A DNA stretch of 64,000 bases from Spirochaetia bacterium (GCA_965225855.1 CBDDCK010000005.1:224001-288000), one strand, 5' to 3'. Shown: positions 10,296-20,604, counted from the stretch's first letter. Made by a program: numbers and translations. Notes: generated by a model not told the origin, from the sequence alone.

Positions 10296-12116
10296 TTACC
10301 AATCTACAACGTTAATAGCATTTTTTAGGTCTGCTGGACTACCCGTTACAAATCCTGCTGCTGCTTCAAGGTTGTAAAAACCATCACCACTTTTACCAAC
10401 CTTAACCAGTATAGCATTGACTTTGGCTTTTACACTACCGCTTAAAGTAATATTTACGCCTATTGTATCTGCACGAGAACCTGTGGCTGTGTTTTCACCT
10501 GCATTTGAGTGCCGGGGTAATGTGTATTTCTTATCATCAACGGATACAATCGTCAATTTACTAAAGTCCCACTCTGCAACTGTTTTCGGTAACCCGCTAC
10601 CTCTAATAATTAACACGCCTGTGTTAACATTGTAGTATACGTCACTGATAGAACTTACATAGCCACTAACGGTAATAGGGTTATTGCTTGTGTCTGCTGC
10701 CCTACCACCTGCAAATCCTGCTGCTGCTTCCAGGTTGTATGCACCAGCATCATCACTTTCACCATTCCTAACCAATATAATATCGACTTTCCTTTTTTCA
10801 TTACCCTTTAAAGTAATCGTTAAGCTTGTTGCACTTGCTGCAGAACCTGTGGCTGCGTCAGTATATGAAGTTGTTTGGTGCCGTAATAATGGGGTACTCT
10901 TAGCACCATTACCTGCGACAAACCTCAATTTGGTGAAGTCCCAGCCTGTAACTGCTTTTGGTAAATTAGTACCTGTAATCACTAACACGCCTGTAGCAAC
11001 ATTGTAGGTTGCACGGGTAATTGCGGGTGGGTTACCACTAACGGCCAAGGCTTTGGCTGTATTTAAACCCGCCCAAGCACCAGTGCCAACACTAAGCAAC
11101 CCATCTTTTAGACCATTGCTATCCATACCGGGCTTGCCATTCAGAGTAGCTTTATCGTCATCGGTAAGTCTAAGCCAAAGCGCTGTGCCATCGTTTTTAA
11201 TGCGGTACTTACCTTTTGCAAGACCACGACTATCTGGCCCAGTGGCTGTGGCAGTATAGGAACTGAAGACTAGGTCATATACTTTGATAGTTTGGATTTG
11301 GGCTTGGGTCGCACTACCTAAGTGAGTACCTTGTACAGTTAGCAGAGCCGTGCCAACATGGTAGGTTGCACGGGTAATTGCAGCTTCTTCGGCTTCGGTT
11401 TGCTTAGACAACTGCTTATCTTCAGCTTGCTTAGGCGACTGCTCTTCGGTTTCGGTCTTAGACTGCTTATCTTCGACTTCTTCGGTTTGTTCGGCTTCGG
11501 GTAGTTCAGGCGACTGCTCTTCGGCTTTAGGTTGCTTAGGCGACTCTTCTTCAGCTTCTTCGACTTGTTCGTCTTCTTCAGCTTGTTCAGCTTGTTCGTC
11601 TTCAGTTTGCTTAGATGGCTGATTGTCATCGGATACTTTAGACTGCTTATTTTCGGGTACATTACTAACGTCCAAGTCTTTAGGTGTATTTAAACCCGCC
11701 CAAGCACCAGAGCCAACGCTAAGCAACCCTTTTTTTAGACCATTGCTACCCACCTTGGCCTCAAGAACAGCTTTATGTTGATCGGTAAGTCTAAGCCAAA
11801 GCTTTGTGCCATCGCTTTTAATACGGTACTTACCTTGTTCAAGACCGTTACTATTTACCCCAGTGGCATCGTCATCTGCAGTATAGGAATCTAAAGCTAC
11901 GCCATCTACTTTGATGGTTTGGATTTGCGCTTCTGTAGGACTTAAGTCAGTACCTTGTACGGTTAACAGAGCCGTGCCAACATCGTAGCTTGCACTGGTG
12001 ATTGCAGGCCCAGACGGCCCAGAAGATCGATCATCGTCATCGGGTGGGGCGCAGGCCAAGGCCATAAAGGCCAGTAGCCAGGCTACAGGCAATAAAAGTG
12101 GTTTGAGCTTATACAT
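10296..12116 (-). CDS. Repetitive surface lipoprotein, copy 1 (domains A-acidic linker-A-B-B)
   Basis: GGAGG RBS before the ATG at 12116; lipobox ALAC; ~115-120-aa beta-rich repeats; E/Q/K-rich linker. Confidence 0.8.
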   Translation of the reverse strand: MYKLKPLLLPVAWLLAFMALACAPPDDDDRSSGPSGPAITSASYDVGTALLTVQGTDLSPTEAQIQTIKVDGVALDSYTADDDATGVNSNGLEQGKYRIKSDGTKLWLRLTDQHKAVLEAKVGSNGLKKGLLSVGSGAWAGLNTPKDLDVSNVPENKQSKVSDDNQPSKQTEDEQAEQAEEDEQVEEAEEESPKQPKAEEQSPELPEAEQTEEVEDKQSKTETEEQSPKQAEDKQLSKQTEAEEAAITRATYHVGTALLTVQGTHLGSATQAQIQTIKVYDLVFSSYTATATGPDSRGLAKGKYRIKNDGTALWLRLTDDDKATLNGKPGMDSNGLKDGLLSVGTGAWAGLNTAKALAVSGNPPAITRATYNVATGVLVITGTNLPKAVTGWDFTKLRFVAGNGAKSTPLLRHQTTSYTDAATGSAASATSLTITLKGNEKRKVDIILVRNGESDDAGAYNLEAAAGFAGGRAADTSNNPITVSGYVSSISDVYYNVNTGVLIIRGSGLPKTVAEWDFSKLTIVSVDDKKYTLPRHSNAGENTATGSRADTIGVNITLSGSVKAKVNAILVKVGKSGDGFYNLEAAAGFVTGSPADLKNAINVVDW

Positions 12117-12179
12117 AAGCAATACCTCCAACAAGGGATAAAGATTAACCAACCCATACGGGCTAGTGTACAGTGCCCC

Positions 12180-12205
12180 ATTTTGCTAGGGGGGTGTTGC
12201 GTCAA
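12180..12205 (-). promoter_or_regulatory. Putative sigma70 promoter with C6 tract in the spacer
   Basis: TTGACG-caacaCCCCCCtag-CAAAAT (14-nt spacer). Homologous sites at 19737-19763 and 20578-20604. Confidence 0.45.
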
Positions 12206-12284
12206 GGCCTATACAAGCTTTTTATAAGTTTTTTTATGTTTAGTGTTGGCACTTTTTTTGTGTCTTAGTGTTGTTTAGTGTTGT

Positions 12285-12412
12285 AATGAAAACGGGATAT
12301 TATTCTTTCAGGGGCGTTCAGAATTTGGGCAACGATTTCCGATGATTGTTGTATAGGTCCTTGATTATGTGCCGATGTAGAAAATTTCATTAAAGACTAG
12401 GGTATCAATAGG
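12285..12412. repeat. Conserved non-coding block duplicated at ~20007-20134
   Basis: About 128 bp with only 3 substitutions seen by eye. Confidence 0.85.
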
Positions 12413-12520
12413 TGGTAGGTAAATCTATGGATAGATTTAGGTCAATTCTATCAATAGGTAGGAGGTAATTCTATAGATAGATTTGGGTCGATTCTATTAT
12501 ATAGGTGGGAGGTTATTCTA
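12402..12520. repeat. 23-bp tandem palindromic array (family A), ~5.5 units
   Basis: Cores at 12402, 12425, 12448, 12471, 12494 and 12518. Includes the perfect IR AAATCTAT-GG-ATAGATTT. Confidence 0.85.
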
Positions 12521-12574
12521 GTGTTTCTTGGTTTGTGGCTTTGGGGTTGTTGGTTGGGGCTGGGTCTATAGAAA

Positions 12575-14155
12575 TTACCAATCCGTCAATACTGTAATCC
12601 CCAGCATAAGGTCCAGCCGAGGCTGCAAGTTATTGATAAACACCCCAGTTTTATTAAAACGGACACTGTCCTCGGCCTTAGAAAATGGAAAGAGAGAAAA
12701 TAGTGCAGCCTCTATACCATATATGGCACCATCGCTGCGCGGGGTAAGAAAATACCAGCGCAGCCCCGTTTGCATAGCCAAAGTAAAATACTGTAATGAG
12801 CTGCGCGGGCTTAGCATTTCCTTTGAATTGACAAACTGCATAGTTTGTACCCCAGCCCCAATCCCAGCATAAAATTCCAGATACCCAAACCAGTTTAAAT
12901 TGAGAGTTGGGCGCAAATGCAACATGCCCAACCAGCTAGATTCGACTTTGCGAGCTAGAGTATTACCATCAAACAAATCAGGGTCGCCATATTGGTCGCG
13001 CACCGTAATTAGGCTAAAATCCATAGGAATGTTGTTTGCCAAACGGAACAAGAAGGCAAAGCGATCGAGACTCAAACCGCTATTACCCAAACCAAACATT
13101 AAAGAATGAGAAAAGTCTGGCTCTACAAACTTTCGTTTGTTTTTCAAAAAGGCCCAGCTCAATTCCAAGCTACCAAAACCAAACGGATAGATGAGTTGGC
13201 TATCTGGATTGGGGTTATTGAGGCTACCAAAACTAATATCGAGCCTACGCTGGTAAAGCCCGACTCGCGAACTAAATGCCAACCATAAAGCCGTTCTGGC
13301 ATCACTCCAAACACCCTCAATCTGGCCTTCTTGACCATAGCCTTGGTAATAGCTTAGTTTGTACAAATATAAATCGAACTGTAAATATTGGTTGCCGCTG
13401 TAAAGCTTACTGCGCAAGCCAAGGCTTAGATTATTTTGGTAACCAAGGGCCGTCTCTACATGGCTTTCTAACCCTAACTCCAAAAAGGTTTGCTGCCATT
13501 GCTGCCCACTCAAATTGAGTGTATAGGCAAAATAGAGCTTGGACCCCAAGCTTAATGTATGGTAGTTATCCTTTAAATATGGGCCATAGAGATATCTAGT
13601 GTAAATTTTTGGCACTTTGCTTTTGTCGTGCATGAAGTTTTGAATATCTTGGCCTAAAATATCCCCCGCTTGAAAGTAACTAGCAGAAACCTTTAGCCCC
13701 AGATAAAAAGGCTCTAGTCGATCGTACAATGCTTCTGGCCTGCGATTGTAATGGCTAGGGTTGCTGCGCCAAAGCTCTGGACTGAGTAAATTGCCAAAAG
13801 TATAATTGACGCCCGCTTGTAATTCATCTATGCGGGTCTTGCTGGCGTAGCGATCGGTGAGAGCACGATAAGAGAAAAACATATCCCAATTGTTTAAGCT
13901 GAATAGTGTAAGAATACCATAAGTATAGTAATCATCCATATTCAAAGAGAGATTGCCGTTCTGATAATCATTGATATACTGCAGATTCAAGTGCCAATAA
14001 AAGATTAAAGGACTCTTATTTGGGCTTGCTTCAGTTTTGTTTGCTTCCACTATTTCATATGATTGTGGAATTTGCTGGGCTTGCAACGTTCCCATTGTGG
14101 CTGTAATATATAGGTATAGCGATGCTAGTACCTGCTTCCATATATAAAAACGCAT
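12575..14155 (-). CDS. Putative outer-membrane beta-barrel protein, N-terminal half possibly LpxR/DUF2219-like
   Basis: Signal peptide, alternating aromatic strands and terminal W. DDYYTYG and GQDIQNFMH resemble LpxR motifs. Confidence 0.5.
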   Translation of the reverse strand: MRFYIWKQVLASLYLYITATMGTLQAQQIPQSYEIVEANKTEASPNKSPLIFYWHLNLQYINDYQNGNLSLNMDDYYTYGILTLFSLNNWDMFFSYRALTDRYASKTRIDELQAGVNYTFGNLLSPELWRSNPSHYNRRPEALYDRLEPFYLGLKVSASYFQAGDILGQDIQNFMHDKSKVPKIYTRYLYGPYLKDNYHTLSLGSKLYFAYTLNLSGQQWQQTFLELGLESHVETALGYQNNLSLGLRSKLYSGNQYLQFDLYLYKLSYYQGYGQEGQIEGVWSDARTALWLAFSSRVGLYQRRLDISFGSLNNPNPDSQLIYPFGFGSLELSWAFLKNKRKFVEPDFSHSLMFGLGNSGLSLDRFAFLFRLANNIPMDFSLITVRDQYGDPDLFDGNTLARKVESSWLGMLHLRPTLNLNWFGYLEFYAGIGAGVQTMQFVNSKEMLSPRSSLQYFTLAMQTGLRWYFLTPRSDGAIYGIEAALFSLFPFSKAEDSVRFNKTGVFINNLQPRLDLMLGITVLTDW

Positions 14156-14166
14156 CTATAGTTAAT

Positions 14167-14928
14167 TTACAGTAAAGTTAAAATCTCAATCGAGTCTTGG
14201 TGTATGGCAACCGTATGCTCAAAGTGAGCTGCATTTTTACCATCTGCTGTTGCCACTGTAAAATCATCGTCCCATACTTCTACTTCATGGCTACCCAAAC
14301 AAATCATCGGTTCAATAGCCAATACCATGCCCGCCTTTAATCTAGGATTTAAACCAGAGGAGGGATAGTAGTTGGATACCGAAGGGTCTTCATGCACAGC
14401 AAAGCCGACCCCATGCCCGCAAAAACTATCGACAATACCATAGCCATGTGGCCGAATAAATTCGGTAACAATTTTGCCTACATCTTTAATACGGCCTTTT
14501 TTACAAGGCAGTGGAAGTTGTTCAATTACATGCATCAAGCTTTGCTTGGTTGTCTTTAGTAATTGATAGTCGATTTGCGCTAGCTTGCCAATGCCATAGG
14601 TGCGGGCTGAATCAGAAAAATAACCATTGAGATTGACCCCAATATCCACTCCAATAATATCCCCTTCTTGTAAGATTTGCTTTTTATCTGGTATGCCATG
14701 GATTACCACGTGATTTACGGAAGTACATATGTGCTTGGGAAAGCCGCTATACTGGTAAAATGCTGGAACGGCCCCTTTTGAACGAATAAATTCATCAGCC
14801 ATTTTATCCAGTTCCCCAGTGGAAATGCCAGGCTGCAAATAAGGCTCTAAGTGGGCAAATGTTTCAGCTAGTATTTTGCCTGAAAGGCGGATTTTTTTTA
14901 TATCTTGTACAGATTTCAGACGTACCAT
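14167..14928 (-). CDS. map: Methionine aminopeptidase type I
   Basis: CTSVN..IHGIP, DIG...DSA, GHGVG..HEDP, IEPM and AHFEHT motifs. Confidence 0.95.
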   Translation of the reverse strand: MVRLKSVQDIKKIRLSGKILAETFAHLEPYLQPGISTGELDKMADEFIRSKGAVPAFYQYSGFPKHICTSVNHVVIHGIPDKKQILQEGDIIGVDIGVNLNGYFSDSARTYGIGKLAQIDYQLLKTTKQSLMHVIEQLPLPCKKGRIKDVGKIVTEFIRPHGYGIVDSFCGHGVGFAVHEDPSVSNYYPSSGLNPRLKAGMVLAIEPMICLGSHEVEVWDDDFTVATADGKNAAHFEHTVAIHQDSIEILTLL

Positions 14929-15053
14929 TTATGTCTAATCCATTCGGTTTTACTTTGGTGCAATAGATTATGGTGTTTTGCTTTTATCAATATCTTTAAG
15001 CAAGATATTTTTATTTTTAGGCAGGGCAAAAGCAAAACACAGGTATTTATTAC

Positions 15054-17198
15054 CTACGAAACATCTGTGAGGCTTAAATTGTAACGCCCCATGCGATCGA
15101 TTTCCAACAACTTAACGGCAACTTCTTGCCCTTCTTTCAAATGGTCGGATACCGAATTAATGCGCTTGTTAGAAATTTTTGAAATATGGCACAGGCCTTC
15201 TTTACCCGGCAAAAATTCAATGAAGGCGCCGTAGTCCATAATGCGTTTTACCGTGCCATTGTAGACCGTTCCAGCTTCTGGCTCACTGATCATACTTTTA
15301 ATGCGGGCTTCTGCAGCCATAGCTCCACTGCGCTGGGAACAGAAAAGCGTTACCTTACCATCATTACCAATATCTACTTTGGCACCCGTTTCTTCTGAAA
15401 TAGCACGGATAAATTTGCCGCCCGGCCCAATAATCGCCCCAATCTTATCGACATCGACTTTAAAGTTTAAAATTGCGGGAGCTGTTTCTGAAGGCTGATC
15501 TTTGGCTGTGTCTATCGTTTCACCCATGATGGCTAAAATATGCATACGGCCTTCTTTTGCTTGGTGCAGAGCCTTGGTCATAATTTCTAAGTTAATGCCG
15601 GAAATTTTAATATCCATTTGGAAGCCTGTAATACCGTCTTTAGTGCCGGCAACTTTAAAATCCATATCGCCTAAGTGATCTTCTTCCCCCAGAATATCTG
15701 AAAGGACTGCGTATTTGAGGTTTTCTCCCTGGCCATTGCCCCCGCTATCGGTCATATCGGTGATGAGCCCCATTGCGATTCCCGCTACGGAGGATTTTAT
15801 GGGCACCCCTGCATCCATTAAAGCCATTGAACCGCTACAAATTGTGGCCATTGACGAGGAACCATTAGATTCCAAAATTTCAGAAACTACGCGAATGGTA
15901 TAGGGGTAATCGGTTTTAGCTGGCAGCACATTTTCCAAAGAACGCTGGGCCAAATGGCCGTGGCCAATTTCGCGGCGGCCTGTACTTAAACGGCCTGTTT
16001 CACCTACGGAATAGGGCGGGAAATTATAGTGCAGCATAAAGTGCGAACGATGGTCGCCATCAATATCGTCCATAATCTGTTCATCAGAAACGCTACCCAA
16101 GGTTACAATGCCTAAGGATTGCGTTTCGCCACGGGTAAATAGCGATGACCCGTGGGTGCGTGGCAATATGCCTATTTCTGTGGTAATCGGGCGAATCTCG
16201 TTGGTTTTGCGGCCATCACAACGCTGCCCGTTCTCGAGAATAGCGTGGCGAACAATATCGCTTTCGATGTCATGAAGCAAATTATTTGCCAGCTCATTGG
16301 CAGGAATATCTTCAACAGCAAGGGCTTCTAGCTTTGCCGAAAAAGTTTCCAGCACTTGGCTTTTAGCCGCAGCAATGCTGTTGCTGCGTTGTTCTTTGTT
16401 TGCTTCAAAGCAGGCAATTTTTAGTTTGGGTGTTGCCCATTCGCGGATTTCTTGACTAACTTCTTGGGCTAAGGGGGAATCTTCTTTCGTTTTTTCCGAC
16501 AGAGGCAATTTAGCCTTTCCACATTTCTGTTGCAGCTCCAGCATAAAATCACAGATTCGCTTAATTTCACTTTCGGCAATTTGTATCGCTTCTAGCATCG
16601 TTTCTTCCGAGACTTCACGGCCTCCACCTTCTACCATGCAAATACCGTTGTGGCCACCGGCAACGACAATTTCCATATCGCTGGCTGCAATTTGTTCAAA
16701 ATTCGGATTTACGATAAATTCGGCATTTTGGCCCGTTAAACGCACCACACGCACTGAGGCTACGGGGCCGTTAAATGGTATGTCCGAAACCATTACCGCA
16801 GCAAAAGCCGCATTCATGCCGAGTATATCGGGCGGGTTTATTTTATCAGTAGAAATGGTCATCGGTACCACTTGGATTTCCCGGCCAAAGGCTTTGTGAA
16901 ATAAGGGCCTCATCGGACGGTCAATCAAGCGAGATACTAAGATTTCTTTATCTTTGGGGCGGGCTTCGCGCTTGAGAAAGCCTCCAGGAATTTTACCTGC
17001 GGCGTAATAGCGTTCATTATAATCAACAGATACTGGCACAAAGTCCAAATTTTCGCGGGCTTCACTGCTGCAGCAGACTGTGGCTAAAACAACCGAACCG
17101 CCATAATGAGCTAGTACAGAGCCATTGGCTTGACGGGCCATTTTACCCACTTCTATAATGAGTTCTTCTGCGCCGATACGCAGGTTAAGAGTTTCCAT
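15054..17198 (-). CDS. pnp: Polyribonucleotide nucleotidyltransferase
   Basis: Two RNase PH domains ([30 protein letters not shown]) plus KH and S1 domains. Confidence 0.97.
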   Translation of the reverse strand: METLNLRIGAEELIIEVGKMARQANGSVLAHYGGSVVLATVCCSSEARENLDFVPVSVDYNERYYAAGKIPGGFLKREARPKDKEILVSRLIDRPMRPLFHKAFGREIQVVPMTISTDKINPPDILGMNAAFAAVMVSDIPFNGPVASVRVVRLTGQNAEFIVNPNFEQIAASDMEIVVAGGHNGICMVEGGGREVSEETMLEAIQIAESEIKRICDFMLELQQKCGKAKLPLSEKTKEDSPLAQEVSQEIREWATPKLKIACFEANKEQRSNSIAAAKSQVLETFSAKLEALAVEDIPANELANNLLHDIESDIVRHAILENGQRCDGRKTNEIRPITTEIGILPRTHGSSLFTRGETQSLGIVTLGSVSDEQIMDDIDGDHRSHFMLHYNFPPYSVGETGRLSTGRREIGHGHLAQRSLENVLPAKTDYPYTIRVVSEILESNGSSSMATICSGSMALMDAGVPIKSSVAGIAMGLITDMTDSGGNGQGENLKYAVLSDILGEEDHLGDMDFKVAGTKDGITGFQMDIKISGINLEIMTKALHQAKEGRMHILAIMGETIDTAKDQPSETAPAILNFKVDVDKIGAIIGPGGKFIRAISEETGAKVDIGNDGKVTLFCSQRSGAMAAEARIKSMISEPEAGTVYNGTVKRIMDYGAFIEFLPGKEGLCHISKISNKRINSVSDHLKEGQEVAVKLLEIDRMGRYNLSLTDVS

Positions 17199-17406
17199 AT
17201 TTTTCTCCTTTTCTATTCTGCTTGCTATTATGTAAGCTTACGACATTATGGCTAGTTTAGCTTTGCATTCTTTTCCATTTAACATGCTGTTTCGTTTAGA
17301 ACAGGCAAAAAAAGATGTAAAAATATGGTGTGTTTTATTTATAGCTAGCCAAAACTTACTTAACTAGCTGGAAATCTAAGCTTTTACAGTTATAAAGCAA
17401 GTAATT

Positions 17407-17520
17407 CCATAGTTATCGAATAGGTTGTTTCCTAATATTCAGTACAGGGCAACCCACTACCAGCTTGATAGTGGGTTGATAGCCATAGTACCCACCCAAA
17501 AAGCCAGCAAGACTTGGCCA
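17407..17520. repeat. Composite dispersed repeat matching 9254-9303 and 10131-10200
   Basis: CCATAGTTATCGA.TAGGTTGTTT..AATATT..GTACAGGGCAACCCA followed by the hairpin CAACCCACTA-N9-TAGTGGGTTG. Confidence 0.7.
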
Positions 17521-17554
17521 AAGTTTATCTTGTTACAAAAAATTCTTGTTAGTT

Positions 17555-17705
17555 ATTAAGAAGGTCTCTTATTAAGAGATTCTCTTATTGGGCATTAAGA
17601 AATTCTATTGTTAGTTATTAAGAAATTCTATTGTTAGTTATTAAGAAATTCTATTGTTAGTTATTAAGAAACTCTGTTGTTGGGCATTAAGAGACTCTCT
17701 TAATT
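17555..17705. repeat. 23-bp tandem array (family B)
   Basis: ATTAAGA at 17571, 17594, 17617, 17640, 17663 and 17686. ATTAAGAAATTCTATTGTTAGTT occurs three times identically. Confidence 0.9.
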
Positions 17706-17843
17706 TTTATGGCAACGTTTTAGCTTGGTGGTTTTGGCCTTGGTATGTTCTCCATACCAAGGCTGTAATTGATAAAAGCAGCCTTGATAAAAAAACTTAC
17801 CAAGGCTGCAATAGGCCAATGCAAGCGTTGCAACAACCAAACC

Positions 17844-19673
17844 CTACTTAAAATTTAAAACTTGAATAGCATTGGTTAGGTCTTCTGGACTACCAGGTAC
17901 AAATTCTGCTGCTGCTTCCAGGTTGTATGCACCATTAGCATCACCAAGACCAACCTTAACCAGTATCTTATTGACTTCCGCTTCTACACTACCGCTTAAA
18001 GTAATATTTAAGTTTGTTGCACCTGCTGCAGTACCTGTGGCTTTGTTTCTACCTACAGTTGAGTGCCGGGGTAATGTGAATCTCTTACTACCATCACCGG
18101 ATACAATCGTCAATTTGCTAAAGTCCCAGTCTGCAATTGCTGTCGGTAACCTGCTACCTTTAATAATTAACTGGCCAAAATTAGCTATATATGATACGGC
18201 GGTGATGCTGGTTACATACCCACTAACGGTAATCGGGTTGCTTGTGTCTTCTGCGCTACCACCTGCAAAGCCTGCTGCTGCTTCCAGGTTGTATTCACCA
18301 TTATTATCACTATCACCAGTCTTAGCCAGTATCTTCTCGGCTTCCGCTTTTACACTACCGCTTAAAATAATACTTAAGTAGGTTGCACCTGCTGCAGTAC
18401 CTGTGGCTGTGTTTTCACCTGCAGTTGCGTGCCGGGGTAATGGGTATCTCTTACTACCATCACCGGATACAAGCGTCAATTTGCTAAAGTCCCATCTTGC
18501 AATTGATGTCGGTAACTTGATACCTCTAATATATAACTCGCCTGTATTAGCATCGTAGGTTGCACTGGTGATGCTGGCTGTATACCCGCTAACGGTAATA
18601 GGATTGGTTGTGTCTGCTGCGCTACCACCTGCAAAGCCTGCTGCTGCTTCCAGGTTGTATGCACCATTAGCATCACTTTCACCATCGTTAACCAGTATCT
18701 TATCGGCTTCCGTTTTTACACTACCTATTAACTGAATATCTAAGCCTGTTGCACTTGCATTAGAACCTATGGCTCTGTTTCTACTTTCAAAACCTACGGC
18801 TCTGTTTTCTGGCCGGGGTAATGTGTATCTCTTACTACCATCACCGGATACAATCGTCAATTTGCTAAAGTCCCAGCCTGTAACTGCTTTTGGTAAATTA
18901 GTACCTGTAATCACTAACAAGCCTAAAGTAACATTGTAGGTTGCACGGGTAATTGCGGGGTCGGGTAGCTTAGGCGATTCATCATCGACTTGTTCGACTT
19001 GTTCAGCTTGTTCAGCTTGTTCGTCTTTAGGTTGCTTAGGCGACTGATCTTCGGTTTCAGTCTTAGACTGCTTATCTTCGACTTCTTCGGTTTGTTCGGC
19101 TTCGGGTAGTTCAGGCGACTGATCTTCAGCTTGTTCAGCTTGTTCGTCTTCAGTTTGCTTACGCGATTGATCATCGACTTGTTCGGCTGCGGGTATATTC
19201 CTAACGGTTAAGTCTTTGGCTGTATCTAAACCCGCCCAACTACCAGAGCTAACGCTAAGCAAGCCTTTTTTTAGACCATTGCTACCCACCTTGCCATTCA
19301 GAGTAGCTTTATCGGCATCGGTAAGTCTAAGCCAAAGTGCTGTGCCATCGCTTTTAATACGGTACTTACCTTTTGCAAGACCGTTACTATTTACCCCAGT
19401 GGGTTTGGCATCTGCAGTATAGGCACTGAAGGCTACACCATTTGTTCGGCTTCCTACCCTGATAGTTTGGATTTGCGCTTGTTTCACACTGGTAGGACTT
19501 AAGTCAGTACCTTGTACGGTTAACAGAGCCGTAGCAAAGTCGTAGATAGCGTTATTGATAGTCGGCCCAGACGGCCCAGAAGATGGTGCATCGTCATCGG
19601 GTGGGGCGCAGGCCAAGGCCATAAAGGCCAGTAGCCAGGCTACAGGCAATAAAAATAGTTTGAGCTTATACAT
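17844..19673 (-). CDS. Repetitive surface lipoprotein, copy 2 (domains A-acidic linker-B-B-B)
   Basis: Signal peptide and lipobox nearly identical to copy 1; three ~120-aa B repeats. Confidence 0.8.
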   Translation of the reverse strand: MYKLKLFLLPVAWLLAFMALACAPPDDDAPSSGPSGPTINNAIYDFATALLTVQGTDLSPTSVKQAQIQTIRVGSRTNGVAFSAYTADAKPTGVNSNGLAKGKYRIKSDGTALWLRLTDADKATLNGKVGSNGLKKGLLSVSSGSWAGLDTAKDLTVRNIPAAEQVDDQSRKQTEDEQAEQAEDQSPELPEAEQTEEVEDKQSKTETEDQSPKQPKDEQAEQAEQVEQVDDESPKLPDPAITRATYNVTLGLLVITGTNLPKAVTGWDFSKLTIVSGDGSKRYTLPRPENRAVGFESRNRAIGSNASATGLDIQLIGSVKTEADKILVNDGESDANGAYNLEAAAGFAGGSAADTTNPITVSGYTASITSATYDANTGELYIRGIKLPTSIARWDFSKLTLVSGDGSKRYPLPRHATAGENTATGTAAGATYLSIILSGSVKAEAEKILAKTGDSDNNGEYNLEAAAGFAGGSAEDTSNPITVSGYVTSITAVSYIANFGQLIIKGSRLPTAIADWDFSKLTIVSGDGSKRFTLPRHSTVGRNKATGTAAGATNLNITLSGSVEAEVNKILVKVGLGDANGAYNLEAAAEFVPGSPEDLTNAIQVLNFK

Positions 19674-19736
19674 AAGCAATACCTCCAACAATGGATAAAG
19701 ATTCGCCAACCCATACGGGCTAGTCTGTAAATCCCC

Positions 19737-19763
19737 ATTTTGCTAGGGGGGGTGTTGCGTCAA
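19737..19763 (-). promoter_or_regulatory. Putative promoter with C7 tract
   Basis: TTGACG-N15-CAAAAT. Confidence 0.45.
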
Positions 19764-20123
19764 GGTCTATATATGGCTTTTTACAAGTTTTTTTGTGTTT
19801 TTTATGTTTTTGGCACTTTTTTTGTGTGTTAGTGTTGTGTGTTAGTGTTGTAAGGTGGTTCAAAATCCATGCCAATCAAAAGGCTTAAGGGTGTTGGCCT
19901 TTGTTTGGCCTTTGGGGGGGTGGGAAAGTGTAGAATTGAATAAAATACTTGATTACACCTTAATTACACTATGGGGCAATCTCCAAAAGGTGAAACATTT
20001 AATGAAAATGAAAACGGGATATTATTCTTTCAGGGGCGTTCAGAATTTGGCCAACGATTGCCGATGATTGTTGTATAGGTCCTGGATTATGTGCCGATGT
20101 AGAAAATTTCATTAAAGACTAGG

Positions 20124-20275
20124 GTATCAATAGGTGAAAGGTAATTCTATTAATAGATTTAGGTCGATTCTATTATATAGGTGCGAGGTAAATCTATCAA
20201 TAGATTTGGGTCAATTCTATTATATAGGTGGGAGGTAATTCTATTAATAGATTTGGGTCAATTCTATTAAATAGG
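20124..20275. repeat. 23/24-bp tandem palindromic array (family A), ~7 units
   Basis: Cores at 20124, 20147, 20170, 20194, 20217, 20241 and 20264. Linkers alternate ATTT(G/A)GGTC and GTGNNAGGT, giving a 46-47-bp higher-order unit. Confidence 0.9.
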
Positions 20276-20280
20276 AACTT

Positions 20281-20514
20281 AAGACTAGGTCATATACTTT
20301 GATGGTTTGGATTTGCGCTTGGGTCGCACTACCTAAGTCAGTACCTTGTAAAGTTAAAAGTTAGCAGAGCCGTGCCAACATTGTAGATGGCCTTATTAAT
20401 AGTCGGCCCAGACGGCCCAGAAGACGGCGCATCGTCATCGGGTGGTGCGTAGGCAAAGGCCATAAAGGCCAGTAGCAATGCTACAGGCAATAAAAGTAGT
20501 TTGTGCTTATTCAT
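20281..20514 (-). pseudogene. Truncated lipoprotein copy 3
   Basis: Lipobox Cys replaced by Tyr (AFAY); frameshift near 20350. The remnant QGTDLGSATQAQIQTIKVYDL ends at the 23-bp array. Confidence 0.85.
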
Positions 20515-20577
20515 AAGCAATACCTCCAAAAATGGATAAAGATTGGCCAAGCCATACGGGCTAGTGTACAGCGCCCT

Positions 20578-20604
20578 ATTATGTTAGGGGGGGTGTTGCG
20601 TCAA
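20578..20604 (-). promoter_or_regulatory. Putative promoter with C7 tract
   Basis: TTGACG-N15-CATAAT. Confidence 0.45.

Noticed and set aside
12117..12152. Longer starts given by the ORF track (12152, 19709, 20550)
   Set aside because: A GGAGG RBS precedes the ATG 12 codons downstream, which gives a normal signal peptide.
17654..17851. 65-aa plus-strand ORF
   Set aside because: Begins inside the repeat array; no RBS or recognisable motif.
19855..20067. 70-aa plus-strand ORF upstream of copy 2
   Set aside because: Spans an indel junction; most of it is absent from the homologous copy-1 region.
12402..20275. 23-bp arrays as CRISPR or TIGR-type guide arrays
   Set aside because: The whole period is only 23 bp, linkers are mostly repeated rather than unique, and no cas or Nop-domain gene is in the window.
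10296..20550. Diversity-generating retroelement behind the lipoprotein variation
   Set aside because: No reverse transcriptase, and differences between copies are not adenine-specific.
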